Shown here: piece after piece, positions 26,731 to 36,307 of the stretch
Numbering within the stretch: position 1 is the stretch's first letter
Layout of the letters: every line of letters begins with the position of its first letter
IMG/VR virus record: IMGVR_UViG_3300017766_003652
Location: 1 to 64,000 of that record
Reading direction: 5' to 3' (one strand)
DNA length: 64,000 nucleotides
Source: a virus
Lineage: Duplodnaviria > Caudoviricetes
Position numbers and translations under genes: made by a program
The notes under the pieces: model-generated
The model's database searches: none
Told to the model about the DNA's origin: nothing
What the model saw: the letters and a program-made list of their open reading frames with translations, nothing else

Positions 26731-27656
26731 TGCCTACCCGAAACCAACGCAAAGAAGCCATCCTCGCCGGGCTAAAGGCCGGCATACTCAAGAGCCGGGA
26801 CCAGGAAGATCATGGCAGCACCTGGGTCGAGGATCAGGGAGGGGAGGTCCTTGGGGTCGATGGCTCCCTATACCTGGAAACCGTGACTGAGTCGATCCTG
26901 GCCAGCCTGGAGCGTCAGGAGGAGGCTCTCAGGGAGGAAGCGATAGCGGCCATTAAGGCTCTCGGTAGGAGCTTTGGTCAGTTCCAGACCATTCCACCCT
27001 CACCACTCGCTGACCAAGCTATCCGGGAGCATACCAAGCAGGAGGCTATGGCTCGAGCCAGGGCTATGGCAGGTACCCTCTACGAACGGCAACCGGATGG
27101 CCAGCTCTCTCCCTTCATCCTCGATATCAACGGCAAGCGCCGGGATTTCTCCCCGTCTCCATCTGCGCCGGCAGGCGTAACCCAAGGCGCTCCCGAGGAG
27201 ACTGCGCCTCCCTCTGCGCCGGCAGACATAACCAAAGACGCAACCGATGGCCCCGCGTCTCCATCTGCGCCGGCAGACGCAAGCCAAGGCGTACCCCCTC
27301 TTCCCATGCTTGGGGCTTTCTTCGTTGACTTTACGGGACGGCTCCGAGGGACCCCACCCATAACGCAGGAGATCTTCCTGTGGGATCTCCCTATCGCTGG
27401 CGTAACCGCGGAGAGGACCGCCGAGGAGGTAACCGCCACAGTTGAGCCCCTTGGTCCCCGTATGCAAGAGCTTATCCGCAAGTTCCGGAACCGGGAGTAT
27501 CCGTTCTGCATCGGACCGGAACCCCCTCTCAAACGCTGCGCCGCCCACTCGGATGGGGACTGCGTACATAAACAGTGCCCACAACTCCGGGATGGAGAGC
27601 CGACCAAGAGCGGACGGCACTGCCCCCTCGACAACTGGAAAGATGAGGAGGTCTGA
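26730..27656 (+). CDS. hypothetical protein with three 17 aa repeats and a C-terminal Cys/His cluster
   Basis: SPSAPAD repeats; C..H..GDC.HK.CPQ..GE....GRHCPLD. Confidence 0.75.
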   Translation: MPTRNQRKEAILAGLKAGILKSRDQEDHGSTWVEDQGGEVLGVDGSLYLETVTESILASLERQEEALREEAIAAIKALGRSFGQFQTIPPSPLADQAIREHTKQEAMARARAMAGTLYERQPDGQLSPFILDINGKRRDFSPSPSAPAGVTQGAPEETAPPSAPADITKDATDGPASPSAPADASQGVPPLPMLGAFFVDFTGRLRGTPPITQEIFLWDLPIAGVTAERTAEEVTATVEPLGPRMQELIRKFRNREYPFCIGPEPPLKRCAAHSDGDCVHKQCPQLRDGEPTKSGRHCPLDNWKDEEV

Positions 27657-27931
27657 TGCTCGAATACCTGATGGCCTGGCTACTTGAGATCTCAAGTGCC
27701 GAGGGGGAACGGCACTGGACCTGTAGCCCCTCTGCTCCTTATGGTATGGGTCCTGGTGTAACCTTCCTACTCTCCCAGAAGCCCATAGGCGCCCCTGATT
27801 GGAACCGGGCTCAGATCACATTTTCTCAGGAGTTTGTGACGGAGATGGGACCGGAGTATATGGCCCGATTTCTCCAGCAAGAGGTCGAGATCGCAACGAA
27901 ACAATGGCAAACAAAGGAGAACGCAGGATGA
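27656..27931 (+). CDS. hypothetical protein
   Basis: GGAGG RBS; TGATG coupling. Confidence 0.65.
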   Translation: MLEYLMAWLLEISSAEGERHWTCSPSAPYGMGPGVTFLLSQKPIGAPDWNRAQITFSQEFVTEMGPEYMARFLQQEVEIATKQWQTKENAG

Positions 27932-28155
27932 AGACCGGACCGTTACCCGATAATTTCAAACCCCCAGGCCTAAAGCCGGGGCAACGCCTGCTGGAGTACC
28001 AGCTCGTGACCAGCTACGAGCCATCAGAGCTTGAGCGCACCGTGAACAGCCTGTTACGCCAGGGGTTCAACCTCAAAGGTCGCCTCAAGCTGGTTGTCGT
28101 TCCCGGGCACAGACCCCTCTACCTCCGGGAAATGACGAGAGGGGTCGAGGTCTAA
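27928..28155 (+). CDS. DUF1737-like small protein
   Basis: EYQLVTSYEPSELERTVNSLLRQGFNLKG pattern. Confidence 0.55.
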   Translation: MKTGPLPDNFKPPGLKPGQRLLEYQLVTSYEPSELERTVNSLLRQGFNLKGRLKLVVVPGHRPLYLREMTRGVEV

Positions 28156-28157
28156 TT

Positions 28158-28415
28158 ATGGAACAGCCACTGCAATACCTTCACCGTCTACTGTCCGAGC
28201 TGGAGGAGATGATGCCCCCAGACCCAGGCAAACATCACACGATCACCCGGGCCATCGGCGGTTCCGGGCGAGATCAGGGGGATATCCTCATGGTCAGCCT
28301 CTCCACCCGGGGCACCTGGGTCCACCTCCCCTTGGATCAGGACCGCTGCGCCTGTCTGAGCGCCGAGACGCTTTCCTGCGCCTTGGTCCACCGTGCGGGG
28401 TCCGGGAATGGCTAA
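28158..28415 (+). CDS. hypothetical protein
   Basis: GAGG RBS. Confidence 0.55.
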   Translation: MEQPLQYLHRLLSELEEMMPPDPGKHHTITRAIGGSGRDQGDILMVSLSTRGTWVHLPLDQDRCACLSAETLSCALVHRAGSGNG

Positions 28416-28608
28416 CGGGGTCCTGACCAGCAAGGAGGTTTCCCAGCAAACCGCCCTGTACTCCGCAATCAAGGAACTCCAGAACGCAATCGAGATGGGG
28501 AGCCAGGGTCGAGTCCCTCCCCCTCGACTACTCGACCGGTGGCGGGGCGTTTTAGCCCATTGCCAGGATACAGCCGGGGTCCAGCCCCATCTGAGAAAGA
28601 AGGTCTGA
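28408..28608 (+). CDS. hypothetical protein
   Basis: coupled array. Confidence 0.55.
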   Translation: MANGVLTSKEVSQQTALYSAIKELQNAIEMGSQGRVPPPRLLDRWRGVLAHCQDTAGVQPHLRKKV

Positions 28609-28946
28609 TGATGAAGCCGCTTTGCCTAATCCTCCTGCTCCTCCCTTTGGTACTGGGGCAAACCAAGGTTAAGCCGGAACAGGTCCGGAACTGGACCCAA
28701 TTGAAGCACGCGGGAGGGGGAGGTACACAGCTCTCCATCCGGCAACTACAGCTCGGCAGTCCTTATGCCACCGCAAGCTGGGAAGCGGTGGCTACCCGGT
28801 CCACCTATCCAGCCCAGTACAGAGTAGCCATTGTGCCCACCCAGCGGCTGCCCATCCTAATCACCTGCTACGAAAGAACCTCCGAGTGTAACGCCAGGGC
28901 CTCCCGGGTCTACCCTCTGTGGTTCAATCAGCCCAACACCTTCTAG
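28608..28946 (+). CDS. secreted protein (Sec signal peptide)
   Basis: MMKPLCLILLLLPLVLG|QTKVKPEQV. Confidence 0.7.
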   Translation: MMKPLCLILLLLPLVLGQTKVKPEQVRNWTQLKHAGGGGTQLSIRQLQLGSPYATASWEAVATRSTYPAQYRVAIVPTQRLPILITCYERTSECNARASRVYPLWFNQPNTF

Positions 28947-28952
28947 AATCCT

Positions 28953-29165
28953 ATGGCCAGTAACCGCAACTATTGCTGTGATGTTTGTGGCAGGATCAGA
29001 CGTATGCCCGTTCTAACCACCCGCCGCTTCTGTCCCTCAGAAGGGTGTCACGGTATCATCAAACAAGTGGCCAACCTCCCCAAGGTGCGCAAGCGCCGTA
29101 AGCGGAAGCTCAAAGGGGACCGGGCAGACCTCCGGGGCCGCAAACCAAGCAGGAGAGTAAACTGA
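28953..29165 (+). CDS. Zn-ribbon protein with basic tail
   Basis: CDVC...CPSEGC, KVRKRRKRKLK. Confidence 0.65.
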   Translation: MASNRNYCCDVCGRIRRMPVLTTRRFCPSEGCHGIIKQVANLPKVRKRRKRKLKGDRADLRGRKPSRRVN

Positions 29166-29431
29166 TGTCACAAAGCAAGATAGGCAACAAAGACTCCAAC
29201 GCCCAGTTCAATGCCCTGGGTCAGGAGATCATACGGATGCTTCGGCATCTTCAATCCGCCCCACCGGAAGGGGATACGGGCTACGTCATCCGCACCTTCA
29301 CCTACCCTGGAGGGGCTTTCCACCTCCTGATGACGGAGAACCCGGAGGTAGCCGCGGCAATGGAGAAGGGGGTAGCCGAGTCCTTCAACGTCAAGGACCT
29401 CACCCTCCCCAGTACGCCGGAGGTAAACTAG
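29165..29431 (+). CDS. hypothetical protein
   Basis: AGGAG RBS. Confidence 0.7.
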   Translation: MSQSKIGNKDSNAQFNALGQEIIRMLRHLQSAPPEGDTGYVIRTFTYPGGAFHLLMTENPEVAAAMEKGVAESFNVKDLTLPSTPEVN

Positions 29432-29433
29432 CC

Positions 29434-29877
29434 ATGCGCAAAAGGGAGGAACTCTCTAATCCGGCGAGCTGTATGAGCCGGGCCCATGATGACGAGATGA
29501 CGTTTGTCCTCCTCGGTAGAGATCCGGCAGCCCGTGTAGCCATTGAGTCCTGGATTGAGGAGCGCATCCGTATCGGCAAGAACAAACGGCGGGACCCTCA
29601 GATACAGGAGGCCACCGCAAGCCTGGCTTTGATGGCCCCCGCCCAGATGCTAGAAGAACGTAAGGCCTTCAACATCCGGCTCATTCAAGCGGCCCTGTAC
29701 ATCGCCTTCAAACAGGGGCTCGAGACACGCACAGGCATAGAATGGCGAGGAGGCTATACCATTGATCGGGAGGGGGTCGCAATACATGGCATTTCCTCAA
29801 TCACGTTCGAGCCCCTGGCTGCTCTGATTCTTGAGGCCCTTGCCGAATACCCGATTCAGGCGGAGCGACCATCATAG
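29434..29877 (+). CDS. phage hypothetical protein
   Basis: DDEMTFVLLGRDPAA..AIESW pattern; GGAGG RBS. Confidence 0.7.
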   Translation: MRKREELSNPASCMSRAHDDEMTFVLLGRDPAARVAIESWIEERIRIGKNKRRDPQIQEATASLALMAPAQMLEERKAFNIRLIQAALYIAFKQGLETRTGIEWRGGYTIDREGVAIHGISSITFEPLAALILEALAEYPIQAERPS

Positions 29878-29879
29878 TT

Positions 29880-30164
29880 ATGACGATCAGAGAGTTCCGG
29901 GCCCTCCTGGCAAGAGAGCCCAACCAAGATGCCGAGATTGGCAAAGTGTTCCACGAGCCCCTCGGAGCCTACGTGGAATGGAGCCCGGTGATCGGGACCC
30001 GGCCCCTGGTGATAAGGAGCCTGTCCCCAAGGCTCCCCAAGGCCGGGGTGGAATTGTTATGGGGGCCTGGCATACGAGTCCTCAAGGCCCCCAAGGAGAA
30101 GCGGACAAAGCCGAGGGTTCGCCGGCCAACGGTCCGCAAAACAATGATAGAAGGAGAGTTATGA
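29880..30164 (+). CDS. hypothetical protein
   Basis: coupled array. Confidence 0.6.
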   Translation: MTIREFRALLAREPNQDAEIGKVFHEPLGAYVEWSPVIGTRPLVIRSLSPRLPKAGVELLWGPGIRVLKAPKEKRTKPRVRRPTVRKTMIEGEL

Positions 30165-30898
30165 GTTCCAAATTCATTCCAGGTGTCCTCGACGAGGGCA
30201 TCATCGAAGGCCATGGGCAGGAGGACTGGGCTGGTAAGTACAAGAACCTGCGGGCCGCTTTCGCTAATCTACAGGCCGAGCATGGGGCTTTGCAGACCCG
30301 AGCCGAGCTCTTGCAGGCCGGCTGTACAAACGGGGACAAGGCGATAGCGGCTCTGAACGCTCTCCGGGAGGAGCACACCACCCTCCAGGAGAAGTGCAGG
30401 GCACTGGAGTTCAATGCCAGGCATATCCCGGATCTGGTCATGGTCGCCGAGGAGTACGGGTGGAATGGGACCAGCAACTCGAAGATCCTCCCTGACTTCT
30501 TTGCCCAGCGGCTCGGCTACCTCCGGCAGATGACTAATCACCTGCTCTCCCTTGAGAACGTGATTAACATGGAGCTGGCCTCCCAGCTGCCCCGGCCGTT
30601 CCTGCGGGAGATCGCCATCAGTTTGGGGAGCATCCTCCGACCGAACAGCGCCCCGGCTCTCCCGGCAGTAACCTACAGCCTCGGCTTTGCGGGTAGCCGC
30701 ACCCGGTGGGGGCGTACGACCCAGGCTGCCGCCCGCGAGATGGCAAAAGAGCTGGTCGAGCATATCAAAGCCCCGACCCAGGTACTCTGCCACGAGGAAC
30801 CTTCTGGTCGCCTGGCGTTCGTAGCGTTCAACCGCGTTAACGAGTCCGGGGGTCTGGGGCCAGTAGAGTTCCAGGTTATGGAATCCGGCGTCTCCTAG
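30161..30898 (+). CDS. coiled-coil hypothetical protein
   Basis: AAGGAG RBS; start reassigned to 30161. Confidence 0.7.
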   Translation: MSSKFIPGVLDEGIIEGHGQEDWAGKYKNLRAAFANLQAEHGALQTRAELLQAGCTNGDKAIAALNALREEHTTLQEKCRALEFNARHIPDLVMVAEEYGWNGTSNSKILPDFFAQRLGYLRQMTNHLLSLENVINMELASQLPRPFLREIAISLGSILRPNSAPALPAVTYSLGFAGSRTRWGRTTQAAAREMAKELVEHIKAPTQVLCHEEPSGRLAFVAFNRVNESGGLGPVEFQVMESGVS

Positions 30899-30951
30899 TG
30901 GAGCCCAGCGCCGGCAATCGCAACTGTACAATCAATCTGAAGGAGGACTCA

Positions 30952-31392
30952 ATGTCCAAACAAGTCCGCAAGGGCGTAGTGAAGGGGAAACCCAAGCCGG
31001 CACCCGCCGAGACCCAGGAGGTAACCGGGCAACCCACGGCGGAGCCGGGAGCAGCTGAGAACGTAGCCAAGTTCTCGGAGGCTCTGGATGCCGGCATCGC
31101 CCGTATCGAGGAGGCAAACCGGGCGGCCTTCGGGGAAGCGGGACCGGAGAAGGATCTCGCCGCTATCGAAGAGGCCAGCCGCGGGGTGGCCAAGGGGATT
31201 CCCTTGAAAGACCTGGACTGGAGCGAGGGCCAAGCTCGGGTCTATATCTCCAATGAGCTGGAGATCCCGACCGGGATGAACCTGGAGGGGGCGTTCAGCC
31301 TGGCCTGCCATGAGCAGAGCCGCGGCAAGTTTGCGGGGCAACTCGTATCGTTTGTCTTCGAAGGGCGCCGCTACTCCATCCAGCCGGCGTAA
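30952..31392 (+). CDS. hypothetical protein
   Basis: AAGGAGG RBS; TACAAT upstream. Confidence 0.75.
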   Translation: MSKQVRKGVVKGKPKPAPAETQEVTGQPTAEPGAAENVAKFSEALDAGIARIEEANRAAFGEAGPEKDLAAIEEASRGVAKGIPLKDLDWSEGQARVYISNELEIPTGMNLEGAFSLACHEQSRGKFAGQLVSFVFEGRRYSIQPA

Positions 31393-31461
31393 CCCAAACC
31401 ACAACCAACAAACGGGGGCCCTTACCGGCTCCCGTTTCCGTATCATCACTTCGGAGGTCCT

Positions 31462-31641
31462 ATGTCCGAGCAAGACCAATCATTCCAGCAGGTATTGAGC
31501 CGGCTGGAGAACCTAGAACAAGCGATGGCTCAAACGACCGCGGCCGTACAGAACCTAGCAGCGTCCATGCTACACCTCAAAAGGGAGCAGGACCGGCAAC
31601 GCCGTCCCCGCCCCAGAAAGACCCTGGTCAAACATGCCTGA
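31462..31641 (+). CDS. 59 aa coiled-coil protein
   Basis: GGAGG RBS; below the track cutoff. Confidence 0.6.
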   Translation: MSEQDQSFQQVLSRLENLEQAMAQTTAAVQNLAASMLHLKREQDRQRRPRPRKTLVKHA

Positions 31642-31960
31642 ACCACAAGAGACAAAGCCCGTTTGTACTTGGCTGGATAAGCGCCCCTGCGGGCGCATCC
31701 CGATCCACAAGAAGGTCGGGCGAGATGAGAAGCAGTGGGCCTACCTTTGCGAGGCTCACCACCGGCAACTTGAGGAGGCGCTTAACCCCGAATCCCCGAT
31801 GTTCGACTACCAGTACGCCGTGAAGTGCTGGATGCGGGCCTCAGGTGGGGTGGAGGTACTCGCCCGCTCCCTTGGGGAGTCCCTGGTCGACAACCTCGGT
31901 ACCGAGTTCTGCAAGAAGTTCCTGGTCAAGGTGAAGGAGGACATCAGTGCTAAGCGATAA
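31634..31960 (+). CDS. hypothetical protein with Cys/His motif
   Basis: CTW...CG...LCEAHH. Confidence 0.65.
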   Translation: MPEPQETKPVCTWLDKRPCGRIPIHKKVGRDEKQWAYLCEAHHRQLEEALNPESPMFDYQYAVKCWMRASGGVEVLARSLGESLVDNLGTEFCKKFLVKVKEDISAKR

Positions 31961-32528
31961 CCTCAATGCCCTTCAATCCTGCCTGATTGCCTGGGTCGGT
32001 GCCGGCGATATCCCCTCCCGCAGCTACACCGTGACCGTTGATACGCCTTCCAAGGTAGTGGTCGTGAATATCGCCGAACGGTTCTCGGACGGGAGGATCT
32101 ACGCGGCAGAGCAGGTCTACAGCCTGACTTTCATCCTTGATACCTCCCCTCCCGCCCTTGTGGGGACTGTAGCCCATTGGCTCCGCGGCGTTGAGAAGGA
32201 GATCGAAGTTCTTCGGAGTACACCTCCAGCCTCAGTTGAAGCCGCGGCATCCTCGGCTGAGATCGGGCGGGAGTCCATCTCTGAGGGATTCCGGGCGTTC
32301 CTCCGGGGTATCCACTACAATGGCGGGACAGATGACGAGCGGGTCCTCTGCTACGCCTATTACTCCGGCTTTGTCCAGGGGTTCACCGCCCTGGACCATA
32401 CGGTCGTCATGACCCTGAGCGAGGAGGAAATCCTTGCCCTGTATTCCTGGTATGAGCGGGAGTTGAAGACATTCTACGCAAAGGTAAAGGCAGATGCTGG
32501 CATCCCGGAATCCACTAAACCAAACTGA
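31947..32528 (+). CDS. hypothetical protein
   Basis: AAGGAGG RBS, GTG start. Confidence 0.65.
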   Translation: MLSDNLNALQSCLIAWVGAGDIPSRSYTVTVDTPSKVVVVNIAERFSDGRIYAAEQVYSLTFILDTSPPALVGTVAHWLRGVEKEIEVLRSTPPASVEAAASSAEIGRESISEGFRAFLRGIHYNGGTDDERVLCYAYYSGFVQGFTALDHTVVMTLSEEEILALYSWYERELKTFYAKVKADAGIPESTKPN

Positions 32529-32541
32529 ATCGAATCCCCGG

Positions 32542-33048
32542 ATGGAGCAGTTGAACAGTATCCTCGCCATGCGGCGAGAGATGGTCATCGAATTCCTGGA
32601 ACTCCTCCGCACCAAGGGGTACAGTAAGGGTCTCTGCTCCGGGGACCTGTTCCGGGCGATCTGCCGGCACTTCGATGTTTATGTTGCCCGCTGCAAGGAG
32701 TGCCACAAATACTATGGGCGGGAGGATTTCCCACACTGGGCCGCGATGAAGGGAGTGGCCCTCCCTCGGTACTTCACAAAGCTCATCTGCTTCACCTGCA
32801 AGAAGGATAAGATGACCACCCACCCCTCCAGGCAGTGCCGTAAATTCCAGATATCCATGCAGGTCAACGGAGAGCCGCGGATCTACTATGTTGCCGCCAG
32901 GAGGAAGCGGGAGGCCTTCTCCCTCCTGTTCCGTGCTAACTACCACCAGCTGGACCCCGCCCTGGCGGATGAGGCTGCCCTGCTCTATCAGGGACTCCCG
33001 GCCGATATCCAAGAAACCCGGAGGAACGATGTCAAAGCCAAGCCGTGA
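32542..33048 (+). CDS. hypothetical protein with CKEC/CFTC Zn motif
   Basis: ORF in the array; start uncertain. Confidence 0.6.
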   Translation: MEQLNSILAMRREMVIEFLELLRTKGYSKGLCSGDLFRAICRHFDVYVARCKECHKYYGREDFPHWAAMKGVALPRYFTKLICFTCKKDKMTTHPSRQCRKFQISMQVNGEPRIYYVAARRKREAFSLLFRANYHQLDPALADEAALLYQGLPADIQETRRNDVKAKP

Positions 33049-33331
33049 GGCATACATAAGGGGGCGGATCGTCCGGTATGAGCTACGCCAGGCCTTTATG
33101 CCGGAGGACCAGCCCCTAGAGCAGATGGTGGGCACCCTTTGACTGGACGGCCACGAGGTTATCCGTGCGATGACCACCGAGACCCTCCGCAAGGAATACC
33201 GCATTACCGAGGAGAGCCCGCAACCTTACGCTATTGGACGGGATACGTTCCATAAACGCGTTACCTACGAAGTCCGAATCGGACCGGAACCGGGACCCAT
33301 GCCGGAGCCCGATTGGAAGCGGTCCGTATAA
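33029..33331 (+). pseudogene. 100-codon frame interrupted by one TGA (33140-33142)
   Basis: GGAGG RBS; frame stays open 62 codons past the TGA (..VGTL*LDGHEV..). Confidence 0.45.
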
Positions 33332-33349
33332 TCAAGGGGAGGAGGACAG

Positions 33350-33838
33350 ATGTCCTGGCTCAAACGCATTACAGACTGGTTACTCTATCTTCTCTTTGGG
33401 GGCGCGACTACCTTGAGTTTGTTCTACACAGTACGGGCACAAGCGCGTTCCTTTTCCGTCAACCCACCACAACTCTGGAGCAAAGACCCCATGAATCCCG
33501 TTCTCCTGCCTTTTGGCTTTCTTCTTGATGCTTCCTTCTCCGCCCTCACCGGCGGGGCGACCCCGACCCCGGCGCCGGTCGATACGATCAAGTGGACGAT
33601 CAGCGACCCGACCCTGGCGGAACTCATCCCCGTCAAGGACAACGCTGCGGCCATCTCGGTCCGCCCGCTGGCCTCCGGTAAGGTCCAGCTCCGGCTGGAG
33701 GTCGATGTCCGCCTCGGCCCCGGCGTCAAAACGCTGACCGCCGTGGGTGAAATCGAGATCCCCGCCGAGGCCGTCACCCTCGGTATCGTTTTCGGTGGCC
33801 TCCGCGAGGACGTCCCGACTCCCGCAGTCGCCGTTTAA
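33350..33838 (+). CDS. exported or membrane protein with Ig-like domain
   Basis: hydrophobic N-terminus, IKWTISDPTLA...GKVQL beta-sandwich pattern; GGAGGAGG RBS. Confidence 0.7.
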   Translation: MSWLKRITDWLLYLLFGGATTLSLFYTVRAQARSFSVNPPQLWSKDPMNPVLLPFGFLLDASFSALTGGATPTPAPVDTIKWTISDPTLAELIPVKDNAAAISVRPLASGKVQLRLEVDVRLGPGVKTLTAVGEIEIPAEAVTLGIVFGGLREDVPTPAVAV

Positions 33839-33935
33839 TCAACGCCGGCATAATGATGGCCCCGTTACCAGCGGGGCCATTGTTCTGTCTGGTCGTACTA
33901 TCAAACTGTCCCCGATATGGGGAGAAAGGAACCTG

Positions 33936-34541
33936 ATGTCGATTCTAGCCGTTGCCGCTCCACTCCTAGCCAAGACTGTTCTCCCGTTACTGGGCAAGGG
34001 GGTCGTCAAACTGATGGACAAGATTCACGGTCGAGGGGATGCCGATAAGAACCCGACCAAGAAGTTCGATGCCGTAGTCACTTTCCGTGCCCTGATGTCG
34101 GCCCTCGAACAGACCCTGCCCGGTCTCAGCCTCCCGGTCGGGGATGAGGTCGGCGCCTTGATTGAGCAGTACCATGCCGAGCTGAAGGCTGCCGGGGTCC
34201 TAAAGGGCTTTGATACCGAGATGGAGGACCCCACCATCCCCTCACCTTCCTCACCTTCCTCACCTTCCTCACCTGCTCCCGTTCCCCGCTCTCTCCCTGC
34301 CGCCATCCTGGCTCCGCCCTCCCTCCTGATGGAACTGGTGGATATTGCCCGGCTCCATCACAAGCGCACGGTTGGCCTCTGCTACCAGGTGGAGGAACTT
34401 CTGGGGCAGGGCCCAACGGTCGGGGTCTACCAGGTGGAGGCCTCCTCCCAGAAGACCTTAGCCGACTTCTGGGCTGGCAAACTGGGCAAACCCCAGCCGA
34501 GCCAGGAGGTTGCCCCGGAGGATAAAGATGCCGAAGGATGA
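33936..34541 (+). CDS. hypothetical protein with amphipathic N-terminus, possibly holin-like
   Basis: AAAGGA RBS; MSILAVAAPLLAKTVLPLLGKG. Confidence 0.6.
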   Translation: MSILAVAAPLLAKTVLPLLGKGVVKLMDKIHGRGDADKNPTKKFDAVVTFRALMSALEQTLPGLSLPVGDEVGALIEQYHAELKAAGVLKGFDTEMEDPTIPSPSSPSSPSSPAPVPRSLPAAILAPPSLLMELVDIARLHHKRTVGLCYQVEELLGQGPTVGVYQVEASSQKTLADFWAGKLGKPQPSQEVAPEDKDAEG

Positions 34542-34881
34542 ACCGAAAGAGCCTATCAACCTTGGGACCGGGACCTCGCTTTCCTTTGATGGGAAGCCCC
34601 TCTACTCCCTAACGCAACTGACCATCTCGAACCCGGAGTCCGCAAAGCTCCTATTCGGGCACCCCATCATTGAAGCCGCGGATGCCGAGTTCGATCTGTC
34701 CCAGATCAAGTTCGGTCCCCTCCAGCCACAGGCCCCGGAGGACCGGCTGTACTACTTTGAATTCCCCAACGGAGCCAGGCGTGGACCGTACCGGGTCATC
34801 GAACAAAAGCCGGGGACTGATGAGGAGGGGAATGCCACTCTTGACCTCGTATTCCAGGAGGTCAAGGACAAGGAACTCTAG
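34528..34881 (+). CDS. hypothetical protein
   Basis: GGAGG RBS. Confidence 0.65.
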   Translation: MPKDEPKEPINLGTGTSLSFDGKPLYSLTQLTISNPESAKLLFGHPIIEAADAEFDLSQIKFGPLQPQAPEDRLYYFEFPNGARRGPYRVIEQKPGTDEEGNATLDLVFQEVKDKEL

Positions 34882-34908
34882 GATCGACTACAGAGAGCCG
34901 GAGGATGC

Positions 34909-34940
34909 GGGGGTACTCAAGGGTGCCCCCTTTCTCTTTT
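34909..34940 (+). terminator. intrinsic terminator
   Basis: GGGGGTACT-CAAG-GGTGCCCCC then TTTCTCTTTT. Confidence 0.6.
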
Positions 34941-35049
34941 GGAGTCCCTCAGTGGATGCCAGCCGGGATTGCCGCGACTTTACAGGGGTCGAGCGGGGTC
35001 GATTATCAAGGGGAGCCGGTTCCCGGCATCTCAAACACAAGGACCTCCA

Positions 35050-36279
35050 ATGAATACACAATTCCGCAAGTGGGCAGTACTCCTGCTGCTCCTGTTCTGC
35101 TCCCTGGGTCTCCACGCTCAGGGCTCCGCTCCTGACTGTAAGCTCGATTTCGTTCTCACCTCCGCCAGCAACTCCAGCACCTACGACAACCGGAGCGGCT
35201 ACTGCTCCACCTGGGTCGTCTCCTACAATTCGGTGGGCTTTACCAGCACGCTGGCCCTCACCGTTCAGCACGCTCCCTTGGCCGCGGGCGGAGTCGCCGG
35301 GACCTGGGCAACCTTTGGCGGAACGGTCGTGTCCGGCATCAATCCCAACACCAGCGTCGCTCAGGGCACCACCCGTCTAGAAGGCTATTACCCGTTCATG
35401 CGGGTCAATCTGGCTTCCCTGACCGGAACCGGCACGGTAACCGGGCGGCTGTACGGGTATCGGTACGTGGCGAGTAAGGTGACCGAGTCCAGTACCGGAA
35501 GCGGGCTTACCGAGGTAGCGACCACGGATATCGCCGCCGGCTCGGCCAACGGCAACGGCACCAAGTTCCAGCTCTTCACGGGCAGTACCGCTACTAATGA
35601 CTGTGCCAAGTTTGATGCCAACGGCAACATTGTCTCGGCAGGTGCGGCCTGCGCCTCCGGTACGGTGCCCACTGTGACGGTGCCCTATATCAATGTGGGC
35701 GGTACGCTTTACGGACCGGTGTATACGTTCACGGACCCCTCCTTGCCTAGCTACTCCTGGGTCAATCAGGGGACCGCGACTATTACCAGTTCCAACGGGG
35801 CCCAGATCCTTTACTCGCCGGATAGCGCGGGGGCCGTGGCTATCCATGCGCGGGAGATCACGCCACCGGCCGCCCCGTATACTCTGACGGTCGCTATGCT
35901 TGCCTCTCAGCTGTCCGTCAACTATTACAGAACGGGCATCGGCTTTCGGGAATCCGGTACCGGCAAGCTGACAACGATTAACGCCACGGTGGGCAACCTC
36001 GCCATTGACTACTGGACGAACCCCACTACCTACTCAAGTACGCCGCTGAACATCAGCTGCACGTGGTGCGCAGGGGGTGTAGTCTGGTACCGGATTCAGA
36101 ACACCGGGAGCGCCCTGAAGTACTATCTCTCAAAGGACTCTTTCAACTACGTGGAGATTTACTCCACCGCCTTGACGTCCCACTTCACGACCGCTCCCGA
36201 CCGCATCTTCTTCTTTGTTAACCCCAACGCCGCCACATACGGCGTTGGGGTAACCGTCCTGTCCTGGCTGGTCTCTTAG
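35050..36279 (+). CDS. secreted Thr/Gly/Ser-rich fibre-like protein with probable C-terminal lectin (ConA-like) domain
   Basis: MNTQFRKWAVLLLLLFCSLGLHA|QG signal; DCAKFDANGN motif; beta-rich aromatic C-terminus. Confidence 0.75.
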   Translation: MNTQFRKWAVLLLLLFCSLGLHAQGSAPDCKLDFVLTSASNSSTYDNRSGYCSTWVVSYNSVGFTSTLALTVQHAPLAAGGVAGTWATFGGTVVSGINPNTSVAQGTTRLEGYYPFMRVNLASLTGTGTVTGRLYGYRYVASKVTESSTGSGLTEVATTDIAAGSANGNGTKFQLFTGSTATNDCAKFDANGNIVSAGAACASGTVPTVTVPYINVGGTLYGPVYTFTDPSLPSYSWVNQGTATITSSNGAQILYSPDSAGAVAIHAREITPPAAPYTLTVAMLASQLSVNYYRTGIGFRESGTGKLTTINATVGNLAIDYWTNPTTYSSTPLNISCTWCAGGVVWYRIQNTGSALKYYLSKDSFNYVEIYSTALTSHFTTAPDRIFFFVNPNAATYGVGVTVLSWLVS

Positions 36280-36307
36280 CCTAACCCCTATCTATTCAAG
36301 GAGCCTT

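Noticed and set aside
27154-27295. CRISPR-like mini-array from the 51 bp periodic repeat
   Set aside because: The period is a multiple of 3, the repeats are in-frame coding and degenerate, spacers are too short and related, and no cas gene is present.
33140-33142. Genome-wide TGA-to-Trp recoding
   Set aside because: Many conserved genes end at TGA with ATGA coupling (sbcCD, terL, TAC-MTase), and TGG is used normally.
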